64,000 bases of DNA from Trichoplax sp. H2 (lineage: Eukaryota): NCBI GenBank assembly GCA_003344405.1, contig NOWV01000018.1:434001-498000 (forward strand), written 5' to 3'. Both the position numbers and the translations under genes were made by a program. Every line of letters begins with the position of its first letter. Positions within the stretch are counted from its first letter, which is position 1. This document shows positions 13,922-27,789 of this stretch, in pieces. The notes under the pieces were generated by a model. That model worked only from the letters and a program-made list of their open reading frames with translations. It was not told the origin of the DNA and made no database searches.

Positions 13922-14976
13922 TAATGCAAGTTTGAACTATGTATCCTCACATATGGTGATGAGAATAATAGATTAGTAATTAACGAGCAGCATCCTATAT
14001 TGATGTAGTATCTCCAACTTGTGATTGGTTTTTTGTCCTATTTCTTTAGATAGTATCACATGGCAACTGGCGATTGTCTTTAAGTAAGTTATATATAGAA
14101 AGTGTGTATTGTTTTAATGCCATATAATATGCTATATTATGAAGTGCTGTGTAAGAACTAATCTAAGCATTGGTCTTATTATATATTACTAGTACAAACT
14201 CCCGTCGCTTTGCTGACGGTTTACGATAATGTGCTCATTTAACAGATAGTATTACCATTTGATAGACCTATCAGAGGTTCAGTAACTTTTTACCGTGTAC
14301 TCTGTACTCAGGCGTCAAAGATAAATAATCGAGCCTAAGAATCAATTGTAATTATCTTTCTAGGGGTGCAATCATTATCCTGCTTGTTGCAATCAGCTAG
14401 TTTGCACAGAGGGTGTCTTCAACGGGACAAATCTATAGGTTTATCCGACCCATGGTGGTTCTNNNNNNNNNNNNNNNNNNNNTAATGCAAGTTTGAACTA
14501 TGTATCCTCACATATGGTGATGAGAATAATAGATTAGTAATTAACGAGCAGCATCCTATATTGATGTAGTATCTCCAACTTGTGATTGGTTTTTTGTCCT
14601 ATTTCTTTAGATAGTATCACATGGCAACTGGCGATTGTCTTTAAGTTATATATAGAAAGTGTGTATTGTTTTAATGCCATATAGTACGCTATATTATGAA
14701 GTGCTGTGTAAGAACTAATCTATGCATTGCTCTTATTATATATTATGAGAGGTGAAAGATCCGTTATGGGGGATATTGGATTTACTTTCGCACCTCGAGC
14801 AGTAGCTCTCGATCAAGCAACCCAGGCGTCAAAGATAAATAATCGAGCCTAAGAATCAATTGTAATTATCTTTCTAGGGGTGCAATCATTATCCTGCATG
14901 TTGCAATCAGCTAGTTTGCACAGAGGATGTCTTCAACGGGATAAATCTATAGGTTTATCCGACCCATGGTGGTTCT
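13922..14976. other. Near-identical direct duplication (13922-14462 vs 14483-14976) across a 20-N assembly gap
   Basis: Both copies begin TAATGCAAGTTTGAACTATG and end GACCCATGGTGGTTCT. Ns lie at 14463-14482. The copies differ by a few SNPs/indels and one swapped internal segment. Confidence 0.9.
14189..14219 (-). mobile_element. Helitron-like 3' terminus
   Basis: The minus strand reads CCGTCAGCAAAGCGACGG (hairpin), GAGTTTGTA, CTAG, then T. This is the hairpin + CTRR + T arrangement of Helitron 3' ends. The 5' end was not identified. Confidence 0.55.
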
Positions 14977-15369
14977 TTGATGTTCTATACCATGCCAATG
15001 AGTCAGTTCATTTCCATATAGTGTATAGGAAAGTATACCAAACAAAATGGAAACGATCATACCATAGCCTTAATGTGTTGTGCGATCCTTTTACTGCTTG
15101 CAACACAGTGCCGCCATAGCATTTGGAAAAAGGCTCTTTACGGTAGCTTTTTTCCTGTGCTATTGAAAGAATGAAGAGGATTAACTAGATAAAAATAAAG
15201 TCTGGAAATAAAATTGACTTTTGTATAGAGTAGATCTTTTGGATTAACCTGAAAGAACGATTCCTACAAATGCTGTACTAGGGCTGTTTGATGCCCAATT
15301 CTTAAGGCAGTGATTTAAATAATAAATAGGGGACATTATTATTAATTATTAGTCGTTTAGCTTAGTATG

Positions 15370-16330
15370 ATCGTGGTGCAGTATTCAAGTCGCCACAAAA
15401 TTAGAGACGGAATGTTACTTGTTCGTAGGCCTACCATTAGCTCTATTTACTGTATCAAAGTTGATAATAATAACTATTTTTCAGTGGTCCGAACAATCTG
15501 TTATATGAAATGCTTGCATTAATTGTGGAAATACTATTAGTGATTCATTCGTAATTTACTTCAGTAGAATCGTAGTACAGTATTTAGGAATTTACAAAGT
15601 TGCCACAAAATTAGAGACTAAATGCTGTTTATGGGCCTCCCATCAAATCTATTTACTGGATAGAATTTGATGATAGTTACTTTCGGTAGTCCCGAACAGT
15701 CTATAGTATGAAATTCTTCTATTATATAGTTACTTGTGGAAGTACTATCAGTAACCCATTCAAGGCAGCATTTATAAAATAAATGATTTCTCATATTGTA
15801 ATAGTTCGTAGTACTATAATTTATGGTTTTATTTTTCAGTAGCCCAGAACAGTCTATCATATGAGTTTCTTTCGTTAATTGTGAAAATACTATCAGTAAC
15901 CCAGTTATACAGTAGATTAGTTTAGTCTACAATGGTCGTAAGGCAGTATTTAAGATTTTATAAACTTACCTCAAAATTAGAGACGGTATGTTATTTATAG
16001 GCCTAGCATCAAATCTTTTCACTGAATAGAAGTTGATAATAGCTATTTTGCGGTAGTCCCTAACCGTCTATTATATAAAATTCTTCCATTATGTGTGAGA
16101 ATACCATCAGTAACCGACTCGCAGTTTGGTTTAATGTAATCGTCGTGCAGTATCTAGAATTTTATAAAGTTGCTATAAAATTAGAGGCGGAATGTTACTT
16201 ATGGGGCCTACCATCAAATCTATTTACCGAATAGAAGTTAATAATAGCTATTTTTCGGTAGTACCAAACAGTCTATTGTATAAAATTCTTCCATTAACTG
16301 TGGAAATGCAATCAGTAACCCACCCAAGGC
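15370..16330. repeat. Degenerate tandem repeat, about 205-210-bp unit, 4 full copies plus a partial
   Basis: AAAATTAGAGAC/GG..ATGTTA..GGCCT..CATCAAATCTATTTAC..TAGAAGTTGATAATAGCTA..CGAACAGTCTA recurs near 15397, 15607, 15973 and 16177. The ORFs at 15618 and 16238 are repeat by-products. Confidence 0.85.
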
Positions 16331-18709
16331 ACCATTTATGAAAATGAAATCAATTGTCATATTATAATTGTTCATAGTAATATAGTTTATGATTTTATGA
16401 TAACAAAATATATAGAACCTTATCAAAGTCGCAAAAAAATCAGATGGTAAGCCATTGCGGAGAAGTCTACCACTAAAAGTATTCATTAATAATCGATACT
16501 ATACGATTGCTTCTGAAGCTGATGATAGCTATTTTAGATAGTTCTTAACAATCTATGATATAACATTCTCTCTTTATTTGTTAAAATATCGTCTTCAATC
16601 ACGTTATAAATTACCTACTATACCGAACATAGCATAATATGAGTTGAAATGTGTGATATAACATTCGAGGTGCTCTGTAGTGTTCATTTTATTTTAAAAT
16701 TTTCCTACATTAATAAAATTGTGACGATAAGATCTATCAGAAAATAGTGGCAAGTAGATACTAATAGCCGCGGCACTGTAGATACTTTCATTCACTTGCG
16801 ACTAAAAATCATGATAAGAAATTGGCTACTCTAGCACCTTTGAAGAGCAATGTGTAGTGATAGCATATATATATGATATTGAATAGCTATATTGACCTTA
16901 ATAAACATAGTAATTCGATTTCCTAAAGTTAAGAAAGATCCGATTCTTATTTTAAAATATGCCGGTAAATTTAAATGCTGTCATTTATTGCACTTTAAGT
17001 TGTCTTTATCTTATGATGGCAAAGTTCATTGAAAGGTAAGCAAAAAGAATATCTGTAACTTCACAAAGAGAAATAAGGGACGGCAGGGTAGAAAATATAT
17101 TATGCAATAATCCGTAAAACCCTGTGATAATGCAATCTTAAGTCATTGTCCATCCAATGTAGTGTAGGTTGCAGTATAATTTTTACGCCCTAAAGGAGCA
17201 TACATAACTTAACTCGAGTCAATTTCTTCCAATATACTTCATAATAATCTAGTCTAATAAAATTTAATTGGTACTCTATGCTGAAGAATTACTACGTGCG
17301 TAGATGTCTATTGTCACGAACTACACCACAGTAAATCTTATTTAATTCAGGAAATAAGATAAGGCAAATTAATTACAGCATAGGCGTATTTATTTCCCAG
17401 TTGTTCACAATCTTAATATCAGAATGCCCCCTCTGTTTACTAAAGTATTTACCTTTTAAGTTGTATTGATAATTAATTACATAAAGTGAAGCATATTCTA
17501 TCATGATATCATGATATTTAGCATATAAGTATAGGGAACGGAAAAAATCAATCAGTAGTCAATCTTATACAGCCTAAACAGTTATTAAGTGGTTTTAGAC
17601 ATTTTTTATAGTAAGGACTAGGATTTTCGACCTATTATCTATTCTATTTTGACAATCAATAATACCCTTATTGTATGGTTAGATGCAATTTCAGTTCTAT
17701 TCACCTTCATCTTTGCTTCTGGTTAGTCATATAAAAATGTCAACAGTAACTGAACTGGTCATTGATGGCGTTAAAAGTTCTTAACCCGACTAGATTAATG
17801 GAATTATTTAATTTATTCCAATAATCTTGATTTTCTTATTAGAATCGACTACACCACGAAATCTTTACTGCAGTGATTAGCCTTTACTGCTGTCGTCATG
17901 AAACTGAATTTATGAAATTGATCAAGATTTCTGGATCAATCAACTAATATGATCTCATCTATTTTTGTGCCTGTTACTGTAGGAAATTTATCATTACACC
18001 CGTAGTTCTTAGTGCTAAAATAATAGCATTGCATGCTTAAAATATTGCCTCATTTACTTCTCCAAAATCAATTGTACTAGAACATCTTTGTTGCAGTAAT
18101 TGCCATTTTGTATTTATTGGTGCTAATGATTTTATTTACGAAATCAGTCAAAACTTATCTGTGATTTCTATCTTATATATTCATATATCATTAAAAAATA
18201 CGCCCTAAATTTTCTTGTAAATCACTGTCATGACGATATATTTATTTGTTTATGTAAGATGGTGCAGATTATCACATAATAAAATTTAATCAGCCCTCTG
18301 CGCATGCAAATTCACTTCAAATTAATTTTCAATAAAGAATAATAACAATTAATCCTTGTATAACTTCAAAATAATACGACAGGTACAGTTAAATATATAA
18401 ATATCCCTTTTCTCGGAGATAAAGGTAACAAAAATTGGCAATTAATTGATCTAGGCAATCATTTGTTATATTGTACGATACATTTCGAAATTGTTAATAT
18501 AACAGAGATAATAACATCAGCGATAGAGATGATTCACAATTTAATAATAAATTTATTGTTAACTGAGAATTCGTTAAAGTCACGTTGCCGGTAATTAATA
18601 AAGTGAATATGATACTGATTTTTAATAATTAATCTAATAAACCTTTATTATTTGATACTTATTTACTACTCTCGCAGCTAGGAGTAGTTGGGCTTTAAAC
18701 AAAAATAGG

Positions 18710-21700
18710 ATGGAGGATCACGCACAGGTTTGATATTTGTAGAAATTTTCATGGCTTGTATCCATTAAAGTGGCCTAGAATTGCCTTTAGTAAATTGATA
18801 TTCTAATATAATAATCACACTAACATTAAAGCCTATTTTAAAAGATATTTAGGCCACGTAATACTTTAAATAAAACTATTAGCACTAATCTGTTAAGAGT
18901 ATTTATGCAGATAAAATGTCTATAAGAATTTAAATGCGAGTATGTAGGTAGCGATTAAAGCGAACTCATAGCTTTTAATTTAGTTTATTTATTATAACTA
19001 ATGTCTTTTAATAAAATCTATTACAACTCACAATTATTGTTATAAAATTCGGACAGCTCATTCAATCTATTACTTTTCTAGCCATTGGATGTTGAGCCAT
19101 TATGGTATATTTGGAAGGTAAGAGTTAAAGTTGATATATCATTTTAGCCATTATTATGGCATCTTCCAAAACGTGATCGGAATTTCACGAGGCTATTGAA
19201 AATATTATATGATAATATTATAGAAACTCGAAGATGCTACAAGCCAATCCCTTATTCGACAACATGTTCATTCTTTAAGGTAAAAGTTTATTATATAGTT
19301 ATATAACTAAATCCGAATGTATAAAATATGACTAGTGCCGGCAAGTACATTAATTCAATCTTCTTGGTACACAGATATTTACTCAGTTTCCCATATTAAA
19401 TATAGGGAAATCATCATGCAAATGACATTCCATGTTGAATGGAAGTTAAAAGATTGCCAGCAAGGTCTTGTATCTCATCATATTATCAAGTAAGTTATTA
19501 ATAGTGAAAAGAGTAAAGCATTCCAGAATGGCATTCTTGAAATTAATACTCACACACTTTATGATGTCTTATGATGATTTGAGAGTCAAGATTGCATTTT
19601 ACTTAAAATAAGGCAAATGATGATGATATTAACAAAGATAAATAACGTAGTATATTTAAAACAAATGCACTGTTAATATTTTTTACATTACATAATAATT
19701 TGAAGATCGATGTTGCATTTGTAAGGAGAGGAGAATAATGATGATAAACAGTATAATTCGTTGGCATAGTATTCTTTAAGTAAATGTATACCTATGCAAT
19801 GTATGTTACTATTAGTGATGTAGCTTTTCCTAAAATTTAGTTACTACAATAAGGATAGTATTAGTGCCGCAGAACACCTGAATATATTAATCTAAAGATA
19901 AATATATGCGCAGATTTATAACTCATTATGATGATTTCAAGATTGATTTTCATCTTACTAGGAATAGGGCAATTTTTAATTGTAATCAAACTATATCTCC
20001 CGTTAGTGATAGTAGTAAGAAAAATTTACAAGTGAAACCTTACTGTGATTGTAGGTAAGAAATTGGCGATGATTCTTTCTATCGGAGGTTATAAAAGATT
20101 CTTTATTGTACTTTCTTTAATTATTATTCACTTTTGGTATATTTCTAGGGACAAAGTTATAAGCTATTTATTTTATTTACTTGGAAACACTAACGAGTAC
20201 GATAATTTATAGAATACTGATATAAAGTAAACTTTCTAGAGCATAAGCTGAATGATATTTTAAGATAACATCTTACTGTCTTTAAATAATAAAGCTATGA
20301 CTTGCAATTTGAATCCATGGATATTATTGTCATCTTACTCAACTATGATCTAACAATAAATTGCCATTACGCAGCCATAACTCCAGGTATTTATAGTATT
20401 ATCTTATAACCAAGCTATTAAGCCATTTTAATTTCAAAAAGTAGTGTTACGAATATATATCAACTTATTTCATATCTTGTGTTACAGCTGAACATGAATT
20501 ACTAATCCAACTGCTTTCATCGCCATATGAAGAGATTGCTATTAAATCTATTCAGATTTTACAAGTTTATGCGAGTAAATATTTATAAAAGTACAACATT
20601 ATCAAATACCCTATCCGATACCATAGTACTCACTAAAGTATATTGAATATTGTATACTAATTATTTAGCTTATAATGTACGATGTAAATACGTTTGATTT
20701 TGTTTCTTTACTTTCTAAAACAAAAGCAATCGGCGTAATGATTTATAGTACATGATTATTTGATGAAATTATTTTCATCTCCATTTGACTAGAAACATTT
20801 ACCGTTTCAAAACGCCAATTTATACAGGAATTAGTAAAGGTTGTCAATGCTGAAAGATCAGTAAGACTATTCGAATGCTTTCGCCTTATACTGTAATTTA
20901 GTCTAGAGCAAAATTATTATTAAATTTTTTCTGCCTCGATAAACTTACTATTAAAATTATTTTGTAACAGACTGAATTTTTGCAAGCAACGGCATCGACT
21001 TTAAACATTTGTATTCGATTATTCTATCTTGTACAAGAGAATTTTGCTGCTGTGAGAAGATTTATAGCCTGCTTAAATTACTTTATTAATCACTGAAGCA
21101 TGAACAGCATTTTTCTGCATCAATTAAGAGAAAGAATAATAATTTATGCGCATATTTCTTACAGATAATGCAAATTATCGCTATTTTAATTCAGTCTGAT
21201 AGCGTTAAGGTAAATTATAATTATTATCGAAAGGAGAGAAAAAGTAGAATTTTCTTATTTATTATCATTCAAAACCATTCCTAAGAAGTGTCCAAATATT
21301 AAATAGATTTTAGAAGAAATTATCGACATATTAAGACTTATTCTACGATTATCGCATTCAATCGGAGGTGAAGGCAAAGTAAGCTTACTTCTACCAGTAG
21401 CTAAATATTTGTCAATTCTTTATGGTTATAACCTAGACATATCAAATCACGCGCCTAAATTTCAATATTAAGTTTGTTATAATAATGATTCCGATTACTT
21501 CTGATCCAATGATAATATTCGACTTTTGTAGACTGTTTTTTACTCTATCATTGGAAGAATATTGGAAATCATGTCTAGTCAATCGAAATCTCTTCAGGTC
21601 AGAATTGATTACGGTATAAATAATAATCAGACTTAATTTTAAGTGTTTTCATATAAATTGAAAGTAACCTCGGAAATGTGGAAATAATATGAAAACTTAA

Positions 21701-24700
21701 CTTAGAAGCTATTTACTTTGATTAAATAGCAGTTGTCATTACGTGACATAATCTTGCTGAGCCTTATCGTTACTTTATGAAGTAATAGTTTAACTACTAC
21801 CCTGACGACACTATAGAACGAAAGAATCAGTAACAAACTTAAGTTTTGAAAACAATTTATTAATTAGTTTGCACTAAATTTGAGGCTGACAGCAATATCT
21901 ACCATCAGCCTATTAATGTATTATACGTTAAATTTGGGCTCTATACGTGTATAGCAAATTATAAGCTTTTATTACCATGCTTAGTACTGCAATATATTCC
22001 CTCTCATGCATTGCAAACGTAACTTGTGTTTAGTGGACCAGCCTGGCAATATTAAAGCTAGTTTATCCATAGATCATATTTTACTTAAGCAATTCTTCAT
22101 TTGATTTGTTATTTGAGCCATAATTACTGCTTTATATTATCATAGCATTTCTTAGCATGCTCATTGCACAACTTATGATTATTTAGGAAGCAACGCTACG
22201 TCTTACCGAAGACTTAATCCGAAAAAATGATTTCGTTGGTGTTTCTAAAGTTAGTATATCGTACAATGTATTTCATATTTGTTAGGATAAACAAAATATC
22301 ATAAAATCTGCCTAACATCATTGCTTAAACAGTTAAAACTATTTATAAATTGATATGAAAGTTATGGATAGGTGATCAAGTTATTAGCCATCTTAAGGTC
22401 ATATTGCAAAATCATCAAGATTATGGCATCTACCAAATAACAGTGAGTAGCCGTGTACGAGCTTGAACCCAACATCCTTTCCAATTGAGCTAAATAAATT
22501 GGCTATTGAATCATTTTGATAGATCGTTTTAGAAACTATCGAAAGAATGATGGACAACCATAGACCCATAATACAAGTACTGCCAATACCAGATATGTAT
22601 TTACAATTTTGTCTATTTCTAAGGGAATCTCGTCTGTTACAGGTGGTCATAGATCAGGATATTATTACGCCAATCTTAAATTGCACGAATATCGTAAGCT
22701 ATTGATGTTTCCTTATCTTATTTCAATTTTATACTAACACGATAGAAGAAATAGTAAATTTGTATATGAATGGATATTCTAAAGGATAAATCAGCTTTAC
22801 AACCTATGATACAGCTCATTAGATTGCCGCTAGTATATATCAGTTCAATGTTTAGTAATAATACTCTGAGAATAAGATTTTAATTCCATATAAAATTCAT
22901 CTAGGTAGAACATAACAAAATACTCTTATAATTCGGAATTTATAAAGTTGCTATCCGACTGCAATAGTTATAAGAATTAAGCATCTGATGATATAAGGTT
23001 GACGATCGACAAAGATTACCAACGCACATCTGAAAGCTAAAAAATGTTCCAAACTCCTACTCAAACAGTGCATGACTTTGAATAGTTAACAATTCAGTAA
23101 ATAAATAAGGAACTAAGCGATTTTAGATATTCATCTTGTAGCATGTTAATGTGTTTTTAACTAGAATTTTTTTCATGACAACTACCTGGACGTTGTCTTT
23201 AAAGATTATATATTACTATTTTCTTGTACATTGTGTTTCTTTATTAAGATAGCTTATTTATTGTAATTCTCATCAGAAGATGCCATTACATCCTATACAT
23301 ATATATAAACAGATGATTTAATAATGAATACAGAGAATAAGAAATATTCTGTGTATAATTCAATTTTAGTATTCTGACCTACATTGGATAACCTGGAGGA
23401 TCATTCTTCGTGCAGTTAAATTTAGGCCAAAAGAGCAGGTTACGAAATAAATGTATATGGCGTATTTAAACTTAACTATTGTCATGTGATATTTTAAAAT
23501 ACTGTATATCACTTTAACATCAATTTCTAGGTCCAGTCATTAATGAAGCACTATAACTTGACATATCTCCTATGTAATAAATTGCAGACGGAAAATGATT
23601 GCAAGGTAAAATTCAATGATATATGGAACTATATCTATATCTATCTTATTTACTATAATGCAAAGCATCCTGTAGAACTATTACTAAGCAAAATTTTATG
23701 ATCAATTTTAAATCTACACATACTGCAATACTGTAAATGCTGATAGGGCCGAATATTCTATATTATTTGTTACCCATAGTTAAAGAATTAATATAAAATT
23801 TAAAATATTCATATACTGTACACCAGAACTTAAATGTAAAAGTTCTAAAACTGAGGAAGTCATGCAGACATCATTTGATAGCTTCTAAGATTTTCGTAAG
23901 GCGATACATATGAACGTCTATATATTACTGACAGCCTTACTCCTTACAGCACGGATTACCTCTTAGCGTAGTATGCTGTACTATCGTCAGCATTTTGAAA
24001 TAATGCTCTACGATAATATAGCCTACAAATTAAATCTTTTAGGAATAACCTTGTATCTGGAAGCCAGAGTGTTTTCTTATAGTGTGCAATTGTTTTAATA
24101 AGAATTTGTAGCCTCGCTTTTTCTTTAGATATAATAGGCTAAAGGAAGAAACGTAGTCATACAGCAATCGATTTTTTCAATTCATGTTCTTAGTCATTTT
24201 TATATGATATAAATATTAATTGACATATTTTTATAAAATTTAGAGCTTAAAAAATGTACTAAAAACCATGTTGTCATTTACAGAAATCTTAAAGGTAAAT
24301 ATATTACTCATATTAGATACTCTTTTTAAATCTCGTGGAGTGTTCGAGTATACTGCAATATCATCGTCTCCAAGTTGATGCTTTCAGGAAGTAAAATGCT
24401 TAGAATATTGCAAACATAACCTTTTCTATATTTCCTTAGGGCATGCCAGATCTAACATCCAAAATGAAAATAGATGGTAAGCTACCTTCGAGCATGTTGT
24501 AATAGCTAAATATTCTAGCAATTTAGATTTTGTATCTAATGTCCAAGTTCATCATGACATTGTGTTAGTAGAGATTCAAAATGCAATCAACCTATCATGT
24601 TATAATCCGTTGATTTTTTTGGTAGTATTATCTAGGATCGATCTAATATGCAATAAATATAAAGATGATCAGAGATTAATGCAACTTGCTCAGGAACTCC

Positions 24701-24744
24701 ATCATTTACTAAATCGTAAAAATTCTAACTGCCGATTGATGTAG
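18710..24744 (+). CDS. Divergent importin-alpha-like ARM-repeat protein, paralog B (about 21 coding exons, about 450 aa)
   Basis: Continuous spliced frame: MEDHAQ / PLDVEPLWYIWK / KLEDATSQSLIRQHVHSLR / EIIMQM.. / DKVISYLFYLLGNTN / YDLQFESMDIIVILL.. (cf. importin-alpha LQFEAAWALTN) / EHELLIQLLSSPYEEIAIKSIQILQVYA (cf. LLxSPHxxVxEQAVWALGNI) / TEFLQATASTLNIC.. / IMQIIAILIQSDSVK / .. / VVIDQDIITPILNCTNI / YSDLHWITWRIILRAVKFRPKEQ / .. / VLSRIDLICNKYKDDQRLMQLAQELHHLL..*. The start codon is tentative. Confidence 0.85.
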
Positions 24745-25243
24745 AAGAGCAATTTGAATTTTCTCGTAAAATACTGAGTAATTCGGCTCAATAAATGGAA
24801 TAATTGTGGCATTGAATATAAATTGAAATTCACTTTTTTTAACAATTATGTAGAAATAGCGACTGATCTGTCACCCATGATTCCTGTTAAAAAATCATTT
24901 CGAAGTAATAAATGCAGAGACGTCTATTACGAGGTTTTGATAATCTTGTTTAACATCATTTGCGATCAGATTCTAATTATTACTAATAATAACGTTAGTT
25001 ATCAGTTCTCAACAGTTTATATCTCGCGTGATTTCTATATGGTGTTAGTATAGTCAACGGAAATGATGTTTCTTGCAATATTAACCGCTTAAAATTGAAT
25101 TAGCTTTGCTATTACTTATAGCTTACAACGGACAATAGAAACGAGCACGTATGTAAAAGGTGACCATAGAGTTATCCTAATATGCTTTAATTTGAAAAAA
25201 TAAAGGAAGATTACGATTATTAAGTTGCGACATTTATAATTCT

Positions 25244-25596
25244 ATGAATGACTGAACCTTGAATAAATAAACTGCAACTGAGTAGTTATTTTAAAATGTA
25301 CTTAAAATAATAAGGAAAATGAGATAATTTATTTGCCATTCAGATTCAAAAGCTAGTCGTATGATGAATTTGAAGGGTATTTTCGTGGAATAAGAATCTC
25401 TGAACTTAATACTAAACGAAATGAATGACTAAAACTTTAAATAAATAATCTATTATTGACTAATCATTTTAAAATGTACTTAAAAATAATAAAGATAAAG
25501 AGATAATCTACTCGTTATTCAGATTCAAAAGTTAGTTCTGCGACGAATTTGAAGGATATTTTCTTGGAATAAGAATATGTAAACCTAATGTTAAAC
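25244..25596. repeat. Two-copy direct repeat, about 178 bp
   Basis: ATGAATGACT..TTTTAAAATGTACTTAAAA..ATTCAGATTCAAAAG..GAATTTGAAGG..TGGAATAAGAAT at 25244 and 25422. Confidence 0.85.
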
Positions 25597-27789
25597 TTGA
25601 AACTCATGGATAGAACCAACTAGGTTTTTCATCTTTACCTTCACGTTCATTAATATTATCGTACATAATATACTCATATAATCAACCTATTAATCATTTG
25701 AAATCTTTATTCTACGTTATATTCATGCTTTACTTGATTTATAGTATAAACTATAAGCTAAATAGACTACAATATCAGAGCTCTCATCTAGATTTCATGA
25801 TTAGTTGTGATTCATTTACAAGGGCACTTTCTCTATCAATTTTTATTTCGATCGATTTCCAGACCAGTCTGAGGCCACGATAATAATTGTCTTCTTATTG
25901 CTTTGTAAAATTTTGTCAATGTAAACTTATCTCCGGTAGAAGGCATTAAATCGGTAAATTTAAGTAGAGTAGCTCAGATACCCAGTCTTTCTCAGATAGA
26001 TTAAGTAGCTCGTATTAGCGGTAACTGTTTTGACTAGCCATATGTATTAATGAACATTTTTACTTAAATGGCTCTTTAACTAAAATCAACTACATCATTA
26101 GTCAAATTGAACCGCGGTGATCAAAAATCTAATAAGCTTGTTGATACCGATTCAGAGTATGACCGGTATAGGGTTCTAAATTGTTGTTACTCTACAAGTT
26201 GAAACAAACTATTTTTGGATATTTAATCTTTTACAGAATCACCCTAGTATATTAATACTTTTCCATGCTGATTCTCATTAACTGTAAGTGTTAGTAAAGA
26301 TTTTTACCAGACCGATTCTTTATTAAATCAATTACCCCATTACTGAAACTAAAAGCTGAAATTAAATCACGATGACGACTAATTCAGCAATCCTCTTTGA
26401 TTACATGTTCCTATACATGGCAGATACTCGACAAGCGCTTTTATATGATCGATATATAAATATAAAAATACTAATTTTATGTATTTCAATCTCTTCCTGT
26501 AAGATTAGTCCGGTAGGTTAATACTTTCTCATGTAGAATCTACAGCTAACTAGAAGCCATGATGAAGATATTAACTCGGCAATTTCTTAATTGAAATAAA
26601 TTACATCATTACCCAATTATTAATAAAACGGAAATTAAATCATGATAAAATAAGTAATCCAATAATCTTGTTAATTACTTATTCAAATACACGATCTATA
26701 TGCGTTTTTAAGCGATTATTGTCTATAAATCTAAAGAAATTGGTGTAGTGTTCAGTTCAACACTTTCTTCTGTAGAATTTATAGCTACTTGTACATATTT
26801 GATTGTAATAATTTCTTGGTTCGTGCTTAATGCAAACTACGTTGATTCCTTATTTGTATACAATTTTGAAAAGTTATTGCAAAATTGTTTCAAAGTTCAA
26901 CATTCATTCTAGATCCTACTTATCCCATATTTATATATAGAGAGTGCGCGCGTTTTATATGCCTTTCCTAGGATATGTTATTGGATCTTATCAACATGAA
27001 CTCATGCAAGATGAATAAACTAAAAGTTATTTATGCTTTTTCGATATCATTGTCAAAATGATCAGTAGAACAATGATTCCAACATAACTAGACTATCATA
27101 GAAGTAACTTGATCGGTTATGGCGTTATTCAATCGATTACAAGGGTTTTGTCGTTCGAAATAGGACAATATTAGCCGCGCATTGAAAAAATAACCCGAAG
27201 TACTTGACAACTAACATTAGTTAATATAACAATACTTTCAAAGTATCGCCATCTAACTTATTATTACCGACGATAAAAGGCGTTGACATAATTGGACATC
27301 AATTGTTGGCTTACTTTATAACTATTGTCTAAAATGAAGGAAAAGCAAGAAAGATCATGGTGATAGCTATATTGTCAACAAGAAGTCGTGTTGCGACAAA
27401 GCAAATAATCGTAACTTGGTTTTGTATTCACCCTAGACGACCTCCAAGATGCATTGATCATTTGTTTTAGAATATCAACAAAGATATTCAACTCTATTCC
27501 ATTTATTTCTTATCATAAAATCGTGCACTTCGTTTTTAACACTAGCCAGTAAGCCTAGGTAGGAAACTTGGATACATCATTTGGGCTTGCTTCCGCGATC
27601 CATCAACATTAATCCAAAATTACAACTATGGCGTTTATTAGCAATTATACTCAGGTTCGAATCATTTCTATCTTTCTTGAAAACTTATTTCGATTTTTAT
27701 ATGCTTTGATAAGACAAGTTCTACCATTCATTTATTCACTCCTTACACAATTCAAACATTGACAATTTATTTAAATCTCATTTAAAACG

